A stretch of DNA of 64,000 nucleotides, taken from Macrostomum lignano (taxonomy: Eukaryota). The stretch spans positions 17,473 to 81,472 of the forward strand of contig NIVC01003707.1 in NCBI GenBank assembly GCA_002269645.1, written 5' to 3'. The notes under the pieces were generated by a model. It was not told where the DNA came from. It saw nothing but the letters and a program-made list of their open reading frames with translations, and searched no databases. Each line of letters starts with the position of its first letter. The first letter of the stretch is position 1. Both the position numbers and the translations under genes were made by a program. Shown piece after piece: positions 1 through 38,602 of the stretch.

Positions 1-20
1 CCACAAGTTTCACATTCTCT

Positions 21-2176
21 CAAACTCTCAAATCTATTCTCTATCATTGCCATCTCTATCATTTCTATTCTCGTCTCTTTTCTCTATCATTGCTATCTAT
101 ATCATCTCATCTCTCAACTCTATTCTCTATCATTGCCATCTATATCATCTCATCTCTCAACTCTATTCTCTATCATTGCCATCTATATCATCTTATCTCT
201 TAACTCTTTTCTGTATCATTTTCATCTATATCATCTCATCTCTCATCTCTATTCGCTATCATATTGCCATCTATATCATCTCATCTCTCATCTCTATTCT
301 CTATCATTGCCATCTATATCATCTTATCTCTTAACTCTTTTCTGTATCATTTTCATCTATTTCATCTCATCTCTCATCTCTATTCGCTATCATATTGCCA
401 TCTATATCATCTCATCTCTCATCTCTATTCTATATCATTGAAATCTATATATCATCTCATCTCTCATCTCTATTCTCTATCATTGACATCTATATCATCT
501 CATCTCAACTCTTTTCTGTATCATTTCCATCTAATCATCTTATCTTTCATCTCTATTCTCTATCATTGACATCTATATCATCTCATCTCTCATCTGTATT
601 CTCTATCATTGCCATCTATATCATCTCATCTCTCATCTCTATTCTCTATCATTGCCATCTATATCATCTCATCTCTTAACTCTTTTCCGTATCATTTTCA
701 TCTATATCATCTCATCTCTCATCTCTATTCGCTATCATATTGCCATCTATATCATCTCATCTCTCATCTCTATTCTCTATCATTGCCATCTATATCATCT
801 TATCTCTTAACTCTTTTCTGTATCATTTTCATCTATTTCATCTTATCTCTCATCTCTATTCGCTATCATATTGCCATCTATATCATCTCATCTCCCATCT
901 CTATTCGCTATCATTGAAATCTATATATCATCTCATCTCTCATCTCTATTCTCTATCATTGACATCTATATCATCTCATCTCAACTCTTTTCTGTATCAT
1001 TTCCATCTAATCATCTTATCTTTCATCTCTATTCTCTATCATTGACATCTATATCATCTCATCTCTTAACTCTTTTCCGTATCATTTTCATCTATATCAT
1101 CTCATCTCTCATCTCTATTCGCTATCATATTGCCATCTATATCATCTCATCTCTCATCTCTATTCTCTATCATTGCCATCTATATCATCTTATCTCTTAA
1201 CTCTTTTCCGTATCATTTTCATCTATATCATCTCATCTCTCATCTCTATTCGCTATCATATTGCCATCTATATCATCTCATCTCTCATCTCTATTCTCTA
1301 TCATTGCCATCTATATCATCTTATCTCTTAACTCTTTTCTGTATCATTTTCATCTATTTCATCTTATCTCTCATCTCTATTCGCTATCATATTGCCATCT
1401 ATATCATCTCATCTCCCATCTCTATTCTATATCATTGAAATCTATATATCATCTCATCTCTCATCTCTATTCTCTATCATTGACATCTATATCATCTCAT
1501 CTCAACTCTTTTCTGTATCATTTCCATCTAATCATCTTATCTTTCATCTCTATTCTCTATCATTGACATCTATATCATCTCATCTCTCATCTGTATTCTC
1601 TATCATTGCCATCTATATCATCTCATCTCTCATCTCTATTCTCTATCATTGCCATCTATATCATCTCATCTCTCATCTCTATTCTCTATCATTGCCATCT
1701 ATATCATCTTATCTCTTAACTCTTTTCTGTATCATTTTCATCTATTTCATCTCATCTCTCATCTCTATTCGCTATCATATTGCCATCTATATCATCTCAT
1801 CTCTCATCTGTATTCTCTATCATTGCCATCTATATCATCTCATCTCTCATCTCTATTCTCTATCATTGCCATCTATATCATCTCATCTCTCATCTCTATT
1901 CTCTATCATTGCCATCTATATCATATCATCTCTCATATCTTTTCTCTATCATCATTCCTATCTATATCATCTAAACTCTCATCTCTATTCTCCATCATTC
2001 CCATCTATATCATCTCATCTCTCATCTCTTTTCTCTATCATCATTCCTATCTACATGTATATCATCTCAACTCTCATTTCTATTCTCTATCATTCCTTTC
2101 TATATCATGTCATCTCTCATCTCTATTCTCTATCATTGCTTTCTATATCATCTCAACTCTCATCTCTGATCTCTAT
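21..2176. repeat. AT-rich ~43-bp satellite with higher-order structure
   Basis: Unit about CATTGCCATCTATATCATCTCATCTCTCATCTCTATTCTCTAT; ~131-bp three-unit blocks and ~0.5-kb super-repeats. Confidence 0.9.
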
Positions 2177-2604
2177 TAACCAGTCACTGATGTCATCAGT
2201 TTATCATGTGTTGTGAGAACTCTTCAGCGTCCTCAATATTGTCAACGAGTTCATGCAAGCAAAAATTGATACGAGCATGCAGCCAAAAAGTTCGCTAAAA
2301 AGGTCTTGCTTGCTTTTTTAAAGCAGACTGAGAGAAGATGTTCGTATTTTTCTGTGTGAAAAAATTCATTTTTTGGCGTAGCCTGGCACCACAAGATGAC
2401 TGACCATTGCTGAGGCCTCCCATCCAGTCTTTCGTGACCACTGATTAGCAACACGAAGTTGCGTGCAACAGCTTGGCAAATTCGATTCTAAGAAACTTGC
2501 TGTGAATTCAAGGACGTTTTCAAGGTGAATCTGGATTGGAAAACCCTTAAAAATTGGAATATTTTCTTTTAAATCCATTGAACTTTATAGTAACATGTTT
2601 ATCG

Positions 2605-3097
2605 ATTGTTGATGTTGTTGTTGCTTTTGTTCTTGTCGTTTTCGTTGTTTTTGCTGTTTTTATTGTTGTTGTTGCTAATGGTGGCATTGTTATAGTTGCT
2701 GTCATTTTTGTTGTCACTGTTGTTACTGTTGTTGTTGTATTTGTTGTTTCTCTGTTGCTACTTTGTTGTTGTTGTTATTATTTTTGTTGCTTCTTTGTTG
2801 TTGTTGTTTTTTTTGTTGTTGCAGCTGTTTTTTTTGTTACTTTAGTTGTGGCTTTTGTTGCTTCTGTTGTTTTTTTGTTGTTGTTTTTGTTGTTGTTGTT
2901 GCTATCGCTTTTGTTGTTTATTTGTTGTTGTTGTTGTTGTTTTTGTTGTTGCTTTTGCTGTTTCTGTTGTTGTTTTGGTTGTTTTTGTTGTTGTTGTTGT
3001 TTTTTTGTTTTTAGATGATTCTTTCTTGTTGTTGCTGTTGTTTTTGCTTTTGTTGTTGTTTTGGTTGTTTTGGTTGCTGTTGCTATTTTGTTGTTGG
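2605..3097. repeat. Degenerate (GTT)n low-complexity tract
   Basis: G/T-rich trinucleotide runs. Confidence 0.85.
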
Positions 3098-3508
3098 TAA
3101 TTTGACGATGTTATAAAAGATATTACTAGTCTGATATAAGCTGATTCCATTTGGCAAGCAGCGGCACACTGTTAAGCTTTTTAGAACACCATGCCGATTG
3201 CAGCCAAGACTTGAAGACTCGAAGCTGAGGGGCAGGCAGGTTCCAAAGCCAACCCGTTTCCATCATATTTCGTTTGGCATAACTTGTTCAGGCATACAGA
3301 AAAACAAGGCAATGTTGTGAACTGGCGGGAGAGCTTCAGAAATTCAGAGCTTCAAGCAGACGGCTGCCTGTCGGGTGCCCCTGTTTTACATGCGCCAAGT
3401 TTTTTAATTGGTTCGCTGTGTCTGCGCCCTCCGCTTCCGACAGACGTGGCCGAGGCTGTCTGCCGAAACCCGGAAAGACAAACTTGACCTGGTAAGACTA
3501 ATTTGAAA

Positions 3509-4796
3509 CCTGAATCTGAATCCGAATCTGAATCTGAATCCAAATGTTGAATCTGAATCTGAATCTGAACTTGAATCTGAACCTGAATCTGAATCTGAAT
3601 CTGAATCTGAATCTGAATCTGAATCTGAACCTGAATCTGAATCTGAACCTGAATCTGAATCTGAATCTGAACCTGAATCTGAATCTGAACCTGAATCTGA
3701 ATCTGAATCTGAATCTGAACCTGAATCTGAATCTGAACCTGAATCTGAATCTGAATCTGAATCTGAACCTGAATCTTAATCTGAACCTGAATCTGAATCT
3801 GAATCCGAATCTGAATCTGAATCCAAATGTTGAATCTGAATCTGAATCCGAATCTGAATCTGAATCCAAATGTTGAATCTGAATCTGAATCGGAATCTGA
3901 ATCTGAACCTGAATCTGAACCTGAATCTGAACCTGAATCTGAATCTGAATCTGAATCTGAATCTGAACCTGAATCTGAATCTGAACCTGAATCTGAATCT
4001 GAATCTGAACCTGAATCTGAATCTGAACCTGAATCTGAATCTGAATCTGAATCTGAATCTGAATCTGAATCTGAACCTGAACCTGAACCTGAATCTGAAT
4101 CTGAACCTGAATCTTAATCTGAACCTGAATCTGAATCTGAATCCGAATCTGAATCTGAATCCAAATGTTGAATCTGAATCTGAATCCGAATCTGAATCTG
4201 AATCCAAATGTTGAATCTGAATCTGAATCTGAATCTGAATCTGAACCTGAATCTGAACCTGAATCTGAATCTGAATCTGAATCTGAATCTGAATCTGAAC
4301 CTGAACCTGAATCTGAATCTGAATCTGAATCTGAATCTGAATCTGAACCTGAACCTGAACCTGAATCTGAACCTGAACCTGAATCTGAATCTGAATCTGA
4401 ATCTGAATCTGAATCTGAATCTGAACCTGAACCTGAATCTGAATCTGAATCTGAATCTGAACCTGAACCTGAACCTGAATCTGAACCTGAACCTGAATCT
4501 GAACCTGAATCTGAATCTGAACCTGAACCTGAATCTGAACCTGAACCTGAATCTGAACCTGAATCTGAATCTGAATCTGAATCTGAATCTGAACCTGAAC
4601 CTGAACCTGAACCTGAACCTGAACCTGAATCTGAATCTGAATCTGAATCTGAATCTGAACCTGAATCTGAACCTGAACCTGAATCTGAACCTGAACCTGA
4701 ATCTGAACCTGAACCTGAACCTGAACCTGAACCTGAATCTGAACCGGAACCTGAATCTGAACCGGAACCTGAATCTGAATCTGAATCTTAATCTGA
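3509..4796. repeat. (TGAATC/TGAACC)n hexanucleotide array
   Basis: Hexamer periodicity with recurring CCAAATGT interruptions. Confidence 0.95.
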
Positions 4797-5459
4797 TTCC
4801 AAAATGGAAGACAAAGAAATGTTCCATAAGCTGGCCATTTAAAAGTTGCCTGTTCAGAGTCCAGTCTTTTTTCCTAATAGCATTTTACAACCGGGTCTGG
4901 ACGCAAGTCCGCCGACACAGGGACTAGACAGAATCTACTGACTACGACAAGAGGTATTTAATAATTAATGATCATACGTCAAATCAGATGGATAGCCATA
5001 AACCTAATAAGCCACCATTGTGTTAACTGGGATTCCTTTGAATATTAAATCAGTGTGCTGCAGTGCATTCAGTGAGATTTCCTACCCGGAGATAAAAAAA
5101 CCGCTCAGGCATGAAGACTCTGCTGGATTGTGGAATTTTAGTGCGTGAACTTTGCCTCTGTCATACCGCAGTTCAAAGTATTTTCATTTAACAAAGTTCA
5201 GTTTGTTTACGTTTGGTTCATCCTACCCTGGGGGATAAGTTTGTTTTATTTCTTTTTAAAGCATTTTCTATGAATTCATTAAAAATGGAAAATTTTGAAT
5301 TTTCTTAATAAGTCAGTAGCATTAGGTTTGCGGATATATCTGATAATTTAGTGCCAATGTAACCAATAACATGGGCTCCGATAAAAGAGAGGGTAGACAG
5401 GGGGTAGAGAAGGTGAGGAGGTAGAGAGAAAGAGGAGAGGGTAGTGAGTGGAGGGGGAG

Positions 5460-6420
5460 AGGATAGAGAGGGTAGAGGGAGAGAGTAGAGAGGGTAGAGA
5501 GGGTAGAGAGGTAGAGAGTGTAGAGAGGGTAGAGAGTGTAGAGAGGGTAGAGAGGGTAGAGAGGGTAGAGAGGGTAGAGAGGGTAGAGAGGGTAGAGAGG
5601 GTAGAGAGGGTAGAGAGGGTAGAGAGGGTAGAGAGGGTAGAGAGGGTAGAGAGGGTAGAGAGGGTAGAGAGGGTAGAGAGGGTAGAGGGAGGGAGTAGAG
5701 AGGGTAGAGAGGGTAGAGAGGGTAGAGAGGGTAGAGAGGGTAGAGAGGGTAGAGGGAGGGAGTAGAGAGGGTAGAGAGGGTAGAGAGGGTAGAGAGGGTA
5801 GAGAGGGTAGAGAGGGTAGAGAGGGTAGAGAGGGTAGAGAGGGTAGAGGGAGGGAGTAGAGAGGGTAGAGAGGGTAGAGAGTGTAGAGAGGGTAAAGAGG
5901 GTAGAGAGGGTAGAGAGGGTAGAGAGGGTAGAGGGAGGGAGTAGAGAGGGTAGAGAGGGTAGAGAGGTAGAGAGTGTAGAGAGGGTAGAGAGGGTAGAGA
6001 GGGTAGAGAGGGTAGAGAGGGTAGAGGGAGGGAGTAGAGAGGGTAGAGAGGGTAGGGAGGGTAGAGAGGGTAGAGAGGGTAGAGAGGGTAGAGAGGGTAG
6101 AGGGAGGGAGTAGAGAGGGTAGAGAGGGTAGAGGTAGAGAGTGTAGAGAGGGTAGAGAGGGTAGAGAGGGTAGAGAGGGTAGAGAGGGTAGAGGGAGGGA
6201 GTAGAGAGGGTAGAGAGGGTAGAGAGGTAGAGAGTGTAGAGAGGGTAGAGAGGGTAGAGAGGGTAGAGAGGGTAGAGAGGGTAGAGAGGGTAGAGAGGGT
6301 AGAGAGGGTAGAGGGAGGGAGTAGAGAGGGTAGAGAGGGTAGGGAGGGTAGAGAGGGTAGAGAGGGTAGAGAGGGTAGAGAGGGTAGAGAGGGTAGAGAG
6401 GGTAGAGAGGATAGAGGGAG
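5460..6420. repeat. (GTAGAGAGG)n 9-bp purine-rich array
   Basis: About 100 near-perfect units. Confidence 0.95.
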
Positions 6421-7164
6421 AGGAAATGGATAGCAGTAAGATTCAGACAGACAATGCATATCAGATGGTGAATCTCATACCAAAGAATCTCCAAGAGAAT
6501 CGCCTCTGTCAAAGCCTGGGTCAAAAAGTACGCAAAGAGTTTGTTTATCTTGCATATTTGAAACCTATTCATACACTAAGAACTGTATCTACATGCCTAA
6601 GGTTATAGTAAATCATCTATCCATCGGTAAGATTATTTTCGAAAGCTTTCATTCACTTTCCATCATTTTAAGCCCTGTATTTTTTGCCCACGTTGACAAG
6701 AAAATCGCATATGCGGTCGCTGCGGTGGTACGAGGCCAAAAAACAGGCCACCACGCATGATTGATTTCCCGCGCCTTCCAACTGCTGAGTTTCTAGACTT
6801 GAACAAAACCGGCAAACCTTGAATAGAATAACACTGAAAATCAGAGCTTTGAGGCTATTCGTCTTAAATATATTGATTAGAAGTTTTTAGAAAACAGAAG
6901 TTCAGCAACCGAGTATTGATAATACTAGTAGTACAATTTGAGTCTAAAAAATACTGCACACAGGAAAAATAACAATAGAGAATTACTGGTATTCGTAGTA
7001 TAACAAAATTAATTTTAATGACCAAATTTCTATTGAGATTTGCATGACTTTGAAGTAATAAATAGCTTATTCATTTCTTCTCATTTCTCTGGCTCTCTCG
7101 TGATGGTATAAGAATTTAGATACTCTTAGATAAAAATAGGCTATAAAGATGGATGCCTCCAGTG

Positions 7165-7370
7165 TACATTACAGCTCCTCTACCCTCCCAGTGTACATTC
7201 CAACTTGTCTATCCTCCCAGTGTATTCCAACTTGTCTATCCTCCCAGTGTACATTCCAACCCCTCTATCCTCCCAGTGTACATTACAACCCCTCTACCCT
7301 CCTAGTGTACATTCCAACCCCTCTATCCTCCCAGTGTACATTACAAATTCTCTATCCCCCGGTGTACATT
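7165..7370. repeat. ~29-bp CCCAGTGTACATT-core minisatellite
   Basis: About 7 degenerate units downstream of AASS. Confidence 0.8.
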
Positions 7371-7603
7371 CCTTTCCCGGCTAGCTAAAATTTTATCAAG
7401 AAAAAGAGAGATATGAGAGGAAGAGAGACAAAAGTATGAATAATGTGGATCTATACCCCGGACGTACAAGTGAGAACGCACAAGTGCATATTAGCTTTAA
7501 CGCGCACTAATTTTTGGTAAAAATCAATACTGTGTTTATGAAAAGAATACAACTTTGTATGACAGCTGAGCACGGAAGGGGAGCAGCTCTACTGTGTAAC
7601 GCT

Positions 7604-7609
7604 TTTATT
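7604..7609 (-). terminator. Candidate AATAAA polyadenylation signal of AASS
   Basis: TTTATT on plus (AATAAA on minus), about 155 nt downstream of the AASS stop codon. Confidence 0.45.
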
Positions 7610-7764
7610 AAATTTAAAAAGATCTATTTTTAGTTCAATTGAGATTTCGTTAAGCCAACCAATAATACATTGGATTGATAAAACATAAATCAAGATTCCT
7701 TCGACCAAAACTTAAAAGCAAAATAAATAGTTTTCTGTCCTCGTCTTCATCTCAAATCTCACTC

Positions 7765-15103
<7,339 letters not shown>

Positions 15104-16865
15104 AGCTACGTCTTGCTTTTCGATATGCGAAAGAACAATAAACTGGAAATGACGCCTAAAGGTCAGTCGCGGATGGTATTCTTGTTTAGAATATATTACA
15201 ATAATTCGGTATCTGGATTGAATGGATAGCAAAACTTTTTATAGCAATAATTTGAATATTAAAACAAAACCATATGGCATAAATTTTGAAAATCAAAACT
15301 TTCAGAGTAAACTTAGTATAAATTCATGTTTTAAGGATGAACTTAACTCGAAAATGTTGTTTAAGAGAAGGAACGATCTTCTGTTATGATAAATTTAAAC
15401 TTTAAATTCCTACATCGTGGACCGGTCACAACTGGTTTGGCAAAACGTGAGGCGTTGACAATTATAAAAAACATCGAATAGAAAGGCCGTATGGTCTTTG
15501 TGCGTTATAAATTAAAAGCAGAATAAAAATTAGACTGTTAATGTTTCTTCTACGCAGAGGAGCATGAATTTTATAATAGGTACTATTAATATTAGTTAGT
15601 AAATTGTTTGTAAGGGCTGTGTGGTATATTTGAAAATTGTATCATAAAGACTTCAGTATTTAGAATTAATTTCTATATTTTACATTTTTACATTTTATTA
15701 ATTCTTCTCTGCTTTTGAAACGAACAATTTCTTAGTTGGAAAATGGTTACTGATGTTCCATTCAACTAATAAGTTCAATTCCACAACCGTTTCATAAAAA
15801 TTAAATGCTGAAAAACATACAATTTAAATTCTTTTTAAAAATTAAATAAGAATTAAAAGCACGAAAACTTAAAGCACTTTCTAATTTAAAATTCACATTC
15901 ATTTTTGAAGTTCCCCTTTAACATATTAAATTATAGTTTAATAGATAGTTTAGTTCGGTCGATAAAATTTAATCCATATATTTTTGCTGATAGCTTCACT
16001 TTAGTTTTTAACAGTTGACCCAATAATTAAATTGCTTTTTATATTTTGCTTTCCACAAAAACCTTTAATCTTATTACTCCGCGACCAATACATTTAAAAA
16101 GAGCTATTTAAACTGAACCCATTGCTTCAACTTCTAATAAAAATTGTATTATGCAACAAAAATAAAATAGCTCGTGAAAATGACTCTTTCATATTACATT
16201 TACACTTACAAAAATTGCTTGCAAAATGCCTCGCTTGATTACTGATAGTAGAGCATGCAGAAAATGCTGCAAATGGGAAAGTTAAACTGCTTCTTTTTAA
16301 AAACCAGGTTAGCATTTGCCAAAACAACTGAATGCTTTTACCAAAGTTGATTTTCAGTCACAACAGGCTGCCAGACCAGCAGAAATTCATTTCGATACCA
16401 GCTTACAAAATAGTGTACGTAAAGTAACAAAAAAGTAAAAGAATTGCCTGATTTTTACGGAATATTTCTTCAATAAAAACGCGATTTTTAAACCTTGTTT
16501 CTCGTATGTAAAAGTACAAACGCATCAACACGCGCCATTCGATTGCTCAATAAACATAAAATACCGATTGCGGATACGTATTAATCCCTGCCAACGCTCT
16601 TCGGACTTCCATTAACACATTTTGGGCACCGGGGCAGGCACATTGTCCGCCATTCAGCCGATGTGCACGATTTATTCCGCCACTGAGCGCCTCTATACCT
16701 AGGATCACTTCCGCCAGAGGAAATTAAAAAAAACACGATAAAGATTCTGAGAATGAGGAGTCTAATGAGCATGAACTGCCTGTTGCCACCTTGTCATCAC
16801 ATTGGCTGCCTCGTGACAGCAGACTAGCAGCCCAGCTAGAAGACAAAACAGTCATGCCTGTTCCA

Positions 16866-16931
16866 CTATCTATCTATCTATCTATCTATTATCTATCTAT
16901 CTATCCATCCATCTATCTATCTATCTATTCG

Positions 16932-17017
<86 letters not shown>

Positions 17018-17045
17018 CCTATTTATCTATCTATCTATCTATCTT

Positions 17046-17128
<83 letters not shown>
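16866..17128. repeat. (TATC)n microsatellite
   Basis: Tetramer run between the divergent AASS and GPCR genes. Confidence 0.96.
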
Positions 17129-18012
17129 GATATAAACGGGATTATGTCCAATCTGAATAAAAAGACAACCTGAAGGCTTACAGGGTGCAAAGCCACCCTT
17201 AGCTTGACTTGGCAGCCAGACAGTCAGCCCAGACAGTTCGGTCTTCCCTCATTTCCAGCCGCTACCTCTCTCCTCCATCAGACCCGCCAGCTTCCCCGTC
17301 CACCACTTTTTCTCCCTCCCTTTCGCTTCCTGTTAACCCGAAGCTGCGAGCCCCCCCCCCCCCCGACCGGCCACCCGCCACCGCATCCTCGGTCCTGCGT
17401 CCTCGGGGTTGGCCCGAACCCCCCTGCTGCCCGGGCGGTGGGAAGAGTGGGAACCCGGGCGAGAGGGAAGAGACGTACGGACGGACAGACAGACGGACAC
17501 AGACAGAGCAAAAGTACATATCAAGCGCGCATGCTCCAGCGCGATGTCACTCTGTCCCTCAGGGCTGTGTTCCTCGAAGCTCTCGCTCGTTCCCAAACAG
17601 GCCCGCCCGCTAGCAGCAGAAGTGTGGGTAGTGCCAGTTCTCAAGTCTGGGGGCAGACAGAGACAGGGACCAAACGCACTCTCACCCTGTGCCGCTCGCT
17701 TGGCTTCTCTGTACCCCCCTTCTCCAGCTGAGTTCCTGCAGCTGCTCTCTTACCCCACTCCCCTCTCTCTACCCCCTCTCGCTGGGAGAGACTCTGCGAG
17801 ACTCTGACTCTCTTTTTCAGGCCTTCCTCTCTTCCCTGCCAATATTGGCTCAGCCGATCTTCCCGCAGATCAAGCCAGCATCCTCCGGTGCCTCTTCCAT
17901 TCCTAAGCCATATATACCCAAAAGAACGCGACTGAGAGCTCACAGTCAAATAGACTGCCGATTCTCTCTCTCTCTCTCTCTCTCTCTGAACAAAGACAGT
18001 TACTCTGGCAGC

Positions 18013-35753
<17,741 letters not shown>

Positions 35754-36014
35754 GACGGCAACAGACGTCCTGTCCGAGGAAAAAACTGGCACTCCACAAT
35801 ATCAAAACGTGAATGACCTGCAAGACCTATGCAGGTGTGATTTCTGCGCAACAACTGAGAACATTACAGCTTACATGTACTGTCCTTGCTCCCTATACCT
35901 GACACATTCAAGCATTATTCATTTGCGTCGCTTGTGTAACTTAACAATATTGCTTTTATGGGGGAATTCTGAGTCCCCTCTGAGAACTTTGACGCCCACC
36001 TGGCAAGAATAGCT

Positions 36015-37443
36015 ATCAGACCCACCTGACAAGAATAACTGTCAGACCCACTTGACAAGTATAACTGTCAGACCCACTTGACAAGTATAACTAACTGTCA
36101 GACCCACCTGACAAGAATAACTGTCAGACCCACTTGACAAGTATAACTAACTGTCAGATCCACCTGACAAGTATAACTAACTATTAGACCCACCTGACAA
36201 GAATAACTGTCAGACCAACCTGACAAGAATAACTACTGTCAGACCCACCTGACAAGAATAACTACTGTCAGACCCACCTGACAAGAATAACTACTGTCAG
36301 ACCCACCTGACAAGAATAACTACTGTCAGACCAACCTGACAAGAATAACTACTGTCAGACCCACCTGACAAGAATAACTACTGTCAGACCCACCTGACAA
36401 GAATAACTACTGTCAGACCCACCTGACAAGAATAACTACTGTCAGATCCACTTGACAAGAATAACTACTGTCAGACCCACCTGACAAGAATAACTACTGT
36501 CAGACCCACCTGACAAGAATAACTACTGTCAGACCCACCTGACAAGAATAACTACTGTCAGACCCACCTGACAAGAATAACTACTGTCAGACCCACCTGA
36601 CAAGAATAACTACTGTCAGATCCACTTGACAAGAATAACTACTGTCAGACCCACCTGACAAGAATAACTACTGTCAGACCCACCTGACAAGAATAACTAC
36701 TGTCAGACCCACCTGATAAGAATAACTACTGTCAGACCCACCTGACAAGAATAACTACTGTCAGACCCACCTGACAAGAATAACTACTGTCAGACCCACC
36801 TGACAAGAATAACTACTGTCAGACCCACCTGATAAGAATAACTACTGTCAGACCCACCTGATAAGAATAACTACTGTCAGACCCACCTCACAAGAATAAC
36901 TACTGTCAGACCCACCTGACAAGAATAACTACTGTCAGACCCACCTGACAAGAATAACTACTGTCAGACCCACCTGATAAGAATAACTACTGTCAGACCC
37001 ACCTGACAAGAATAACTACTGTCAGACCCACCTGACAAGAATAACTACTGTCAGACCCACCTGACAAGAATAACTACTGTCAGACCCACCTGACAAGAAT
37101 AACTACTGTCAGACCCACCTGATAAGAATAACTACTGTCAGACCCACCTGACAAGAATAACTACTGTCAGACCCACCTGACAAGAATAACTACTGTCAGA
37201 CCCACCTGATAAGAATAACTACTGTCAGACCCACCTGACAAGAATAACTACTGTCAGACCCACCTGACAAGAATAACTACTGTCAGACCCACCTGACAAG
37301 AATAACTACTGTCAGACCCACCTGACAAGAATAACTACTGTCAGACCCACCTGATAAGAATAACTACTGTCAGACCCACCTGACAAGAATAACTACTGTC
37401 AGACCCACCTGACAAGAATAACTACTGTCAGACCCACCTGATA
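36015..37443. repeat. 29-bp minisatellite CAGACCCACCTGACAAGAATAACTACTGT
   Basis: About 49 copies between the two convergent GPCR genes. Confidence 0.96.
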
Positions 37444-37904
37444 AAAAAACAGATTTTTTCTGAAAGCGTCACAATTTTACCCATACTGAGAAGTTTGGCT
37501 GGGCGGTCAGGATTGCGAACTTTGTAACATTTTCAACACCAGACCTCTAATTCACCTTGTTTAGCCACATTCACATCAGATAAGCACAAGCCCAGTGTCA
37601 GTTATATTATTTCATCCAATTAAAATGAACAGACATTGTCAATTGCTACATTTTATGTTTTAAAATTATCTAAGCTGCCTCAGATTTATGAACTGTGTTT
37701 TTGACACCTGCTACGATAATATTTAATTAATTAATTAATCGAATTTTATTGTTCTGCTATATATAGCATTTGTAAAACTTTTAATTCGATAAAGTGATAA
37801 AAAATTGAAACCCGTTAGTCATATCTTTCCCAATCAATACTATCAGTGTGTTATCGAATTGACGTTCGGAGATATAGATGCCATAAGTTCCAAATCTTAC
37901 TTAT

Positions 37905-37910
37905 TTTATT
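37905..37910 (-). terminator. Candidate AATAAA poly(A) signal of the peptide GPCR
   Basis: TTTATT on plus; an AATAAA on minus in the unique sequence beyond the 16-bp array that follows the stop codon. Confidence 0.35.
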
Positions 37911-38032
37911 GTTAATGAATTCATCGATTAATTGAACCCAGATAAGGAATTAACAAAATCTAGCTGTCGAAACATTCAATGACGCAAAGGTTGAGAATCA
38001 GTTCAATGACTGCTAAAATCGTCGTCAGTTTG

Positions 38033-38602
38033 AGAGTCAGACAGTTGGAGAGTCAGAGAGTTGGAGAGTCAGACAGTTGGAGAGTCAGACAGTTGGAGAG
38101 TCAGACAGTTGGAGAGTCAGACAGTTGGAGAGTCAGACAGTTGGAGAGTCAGACAGTTGGAGAGTCAGACAGTTGGAGAGTCAGACAGTTGGAGAGTCAG
38201 ACAGTTGGAGAGTCAGACAGTTGGAGAGTCAGATAGTCGGTGAGTCAGAGAGTCAGACAGTTGGAGAGTCAGATAGTCGGTGAGTCAGAGAGTCAGACAG
38301 TTGGAGAGTCAGATAGAGAGTCAGACAGTCAGTGAGTCTGACAGTCAGTGAGTCAGACAGTCGGTGAGTCAGACAGTCGGAGAGTCAGACAGTTGGAGAG
38401 TCAGATAGAGAGTCAGACAGTCAGTGAGTCAGACAGTCGGAGAGTCAGACAGTTGGAGAGTCAGATAGAGAGTCAGACAGTCAGTGAGTCTGACAGTCAG
38501 TGAGTCAGACAGTCGGTGAGTCAGACAGTCGGTGAGTCAGACAGTCGGTGAGTCAGACAGTCGGAGAGTCAGACAGTCGGAGAGTCAGACAGTTAGAGAG
38601 TC
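38033..38602. repeat. 16-bp minisatellite GGAGAGTCAGACAGTT overlapping the peptide-GPCR stop codon
   Basis: 16-bp period degrading into shorter variants near the CDS. Confidence 0.9.

Noticed and set aside
47-2216. Many ORFs rich in S/I/L/Y/H
   Set aside because: They are translations of the 43-bp satellite, with no domain or splice support.
3498-6572. Long ORFs of ES/EP, LN, RF and LYP/SLP repeats
   Set aside because: Frames stay open only because the hexamer and 9-mer units lack stops; there is no unique coding context.
15104-18012. Head-to-head AASS and GPR158-like genes as a co-regulated amino-acid sensing and catabolism module
   Set aside because: The start codons are 2.9 kb apart with a microsatellite between them, and nothing in the sequence shows a shared promoter. 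The adjacency may be chance.
17689-18012. 108-codon upstream extension of the first GPCR ORF
   Set aside because: It starts at a non-ATG codon, crosses a CT microsatellite, and the signal peptide begins at ATG 18013.
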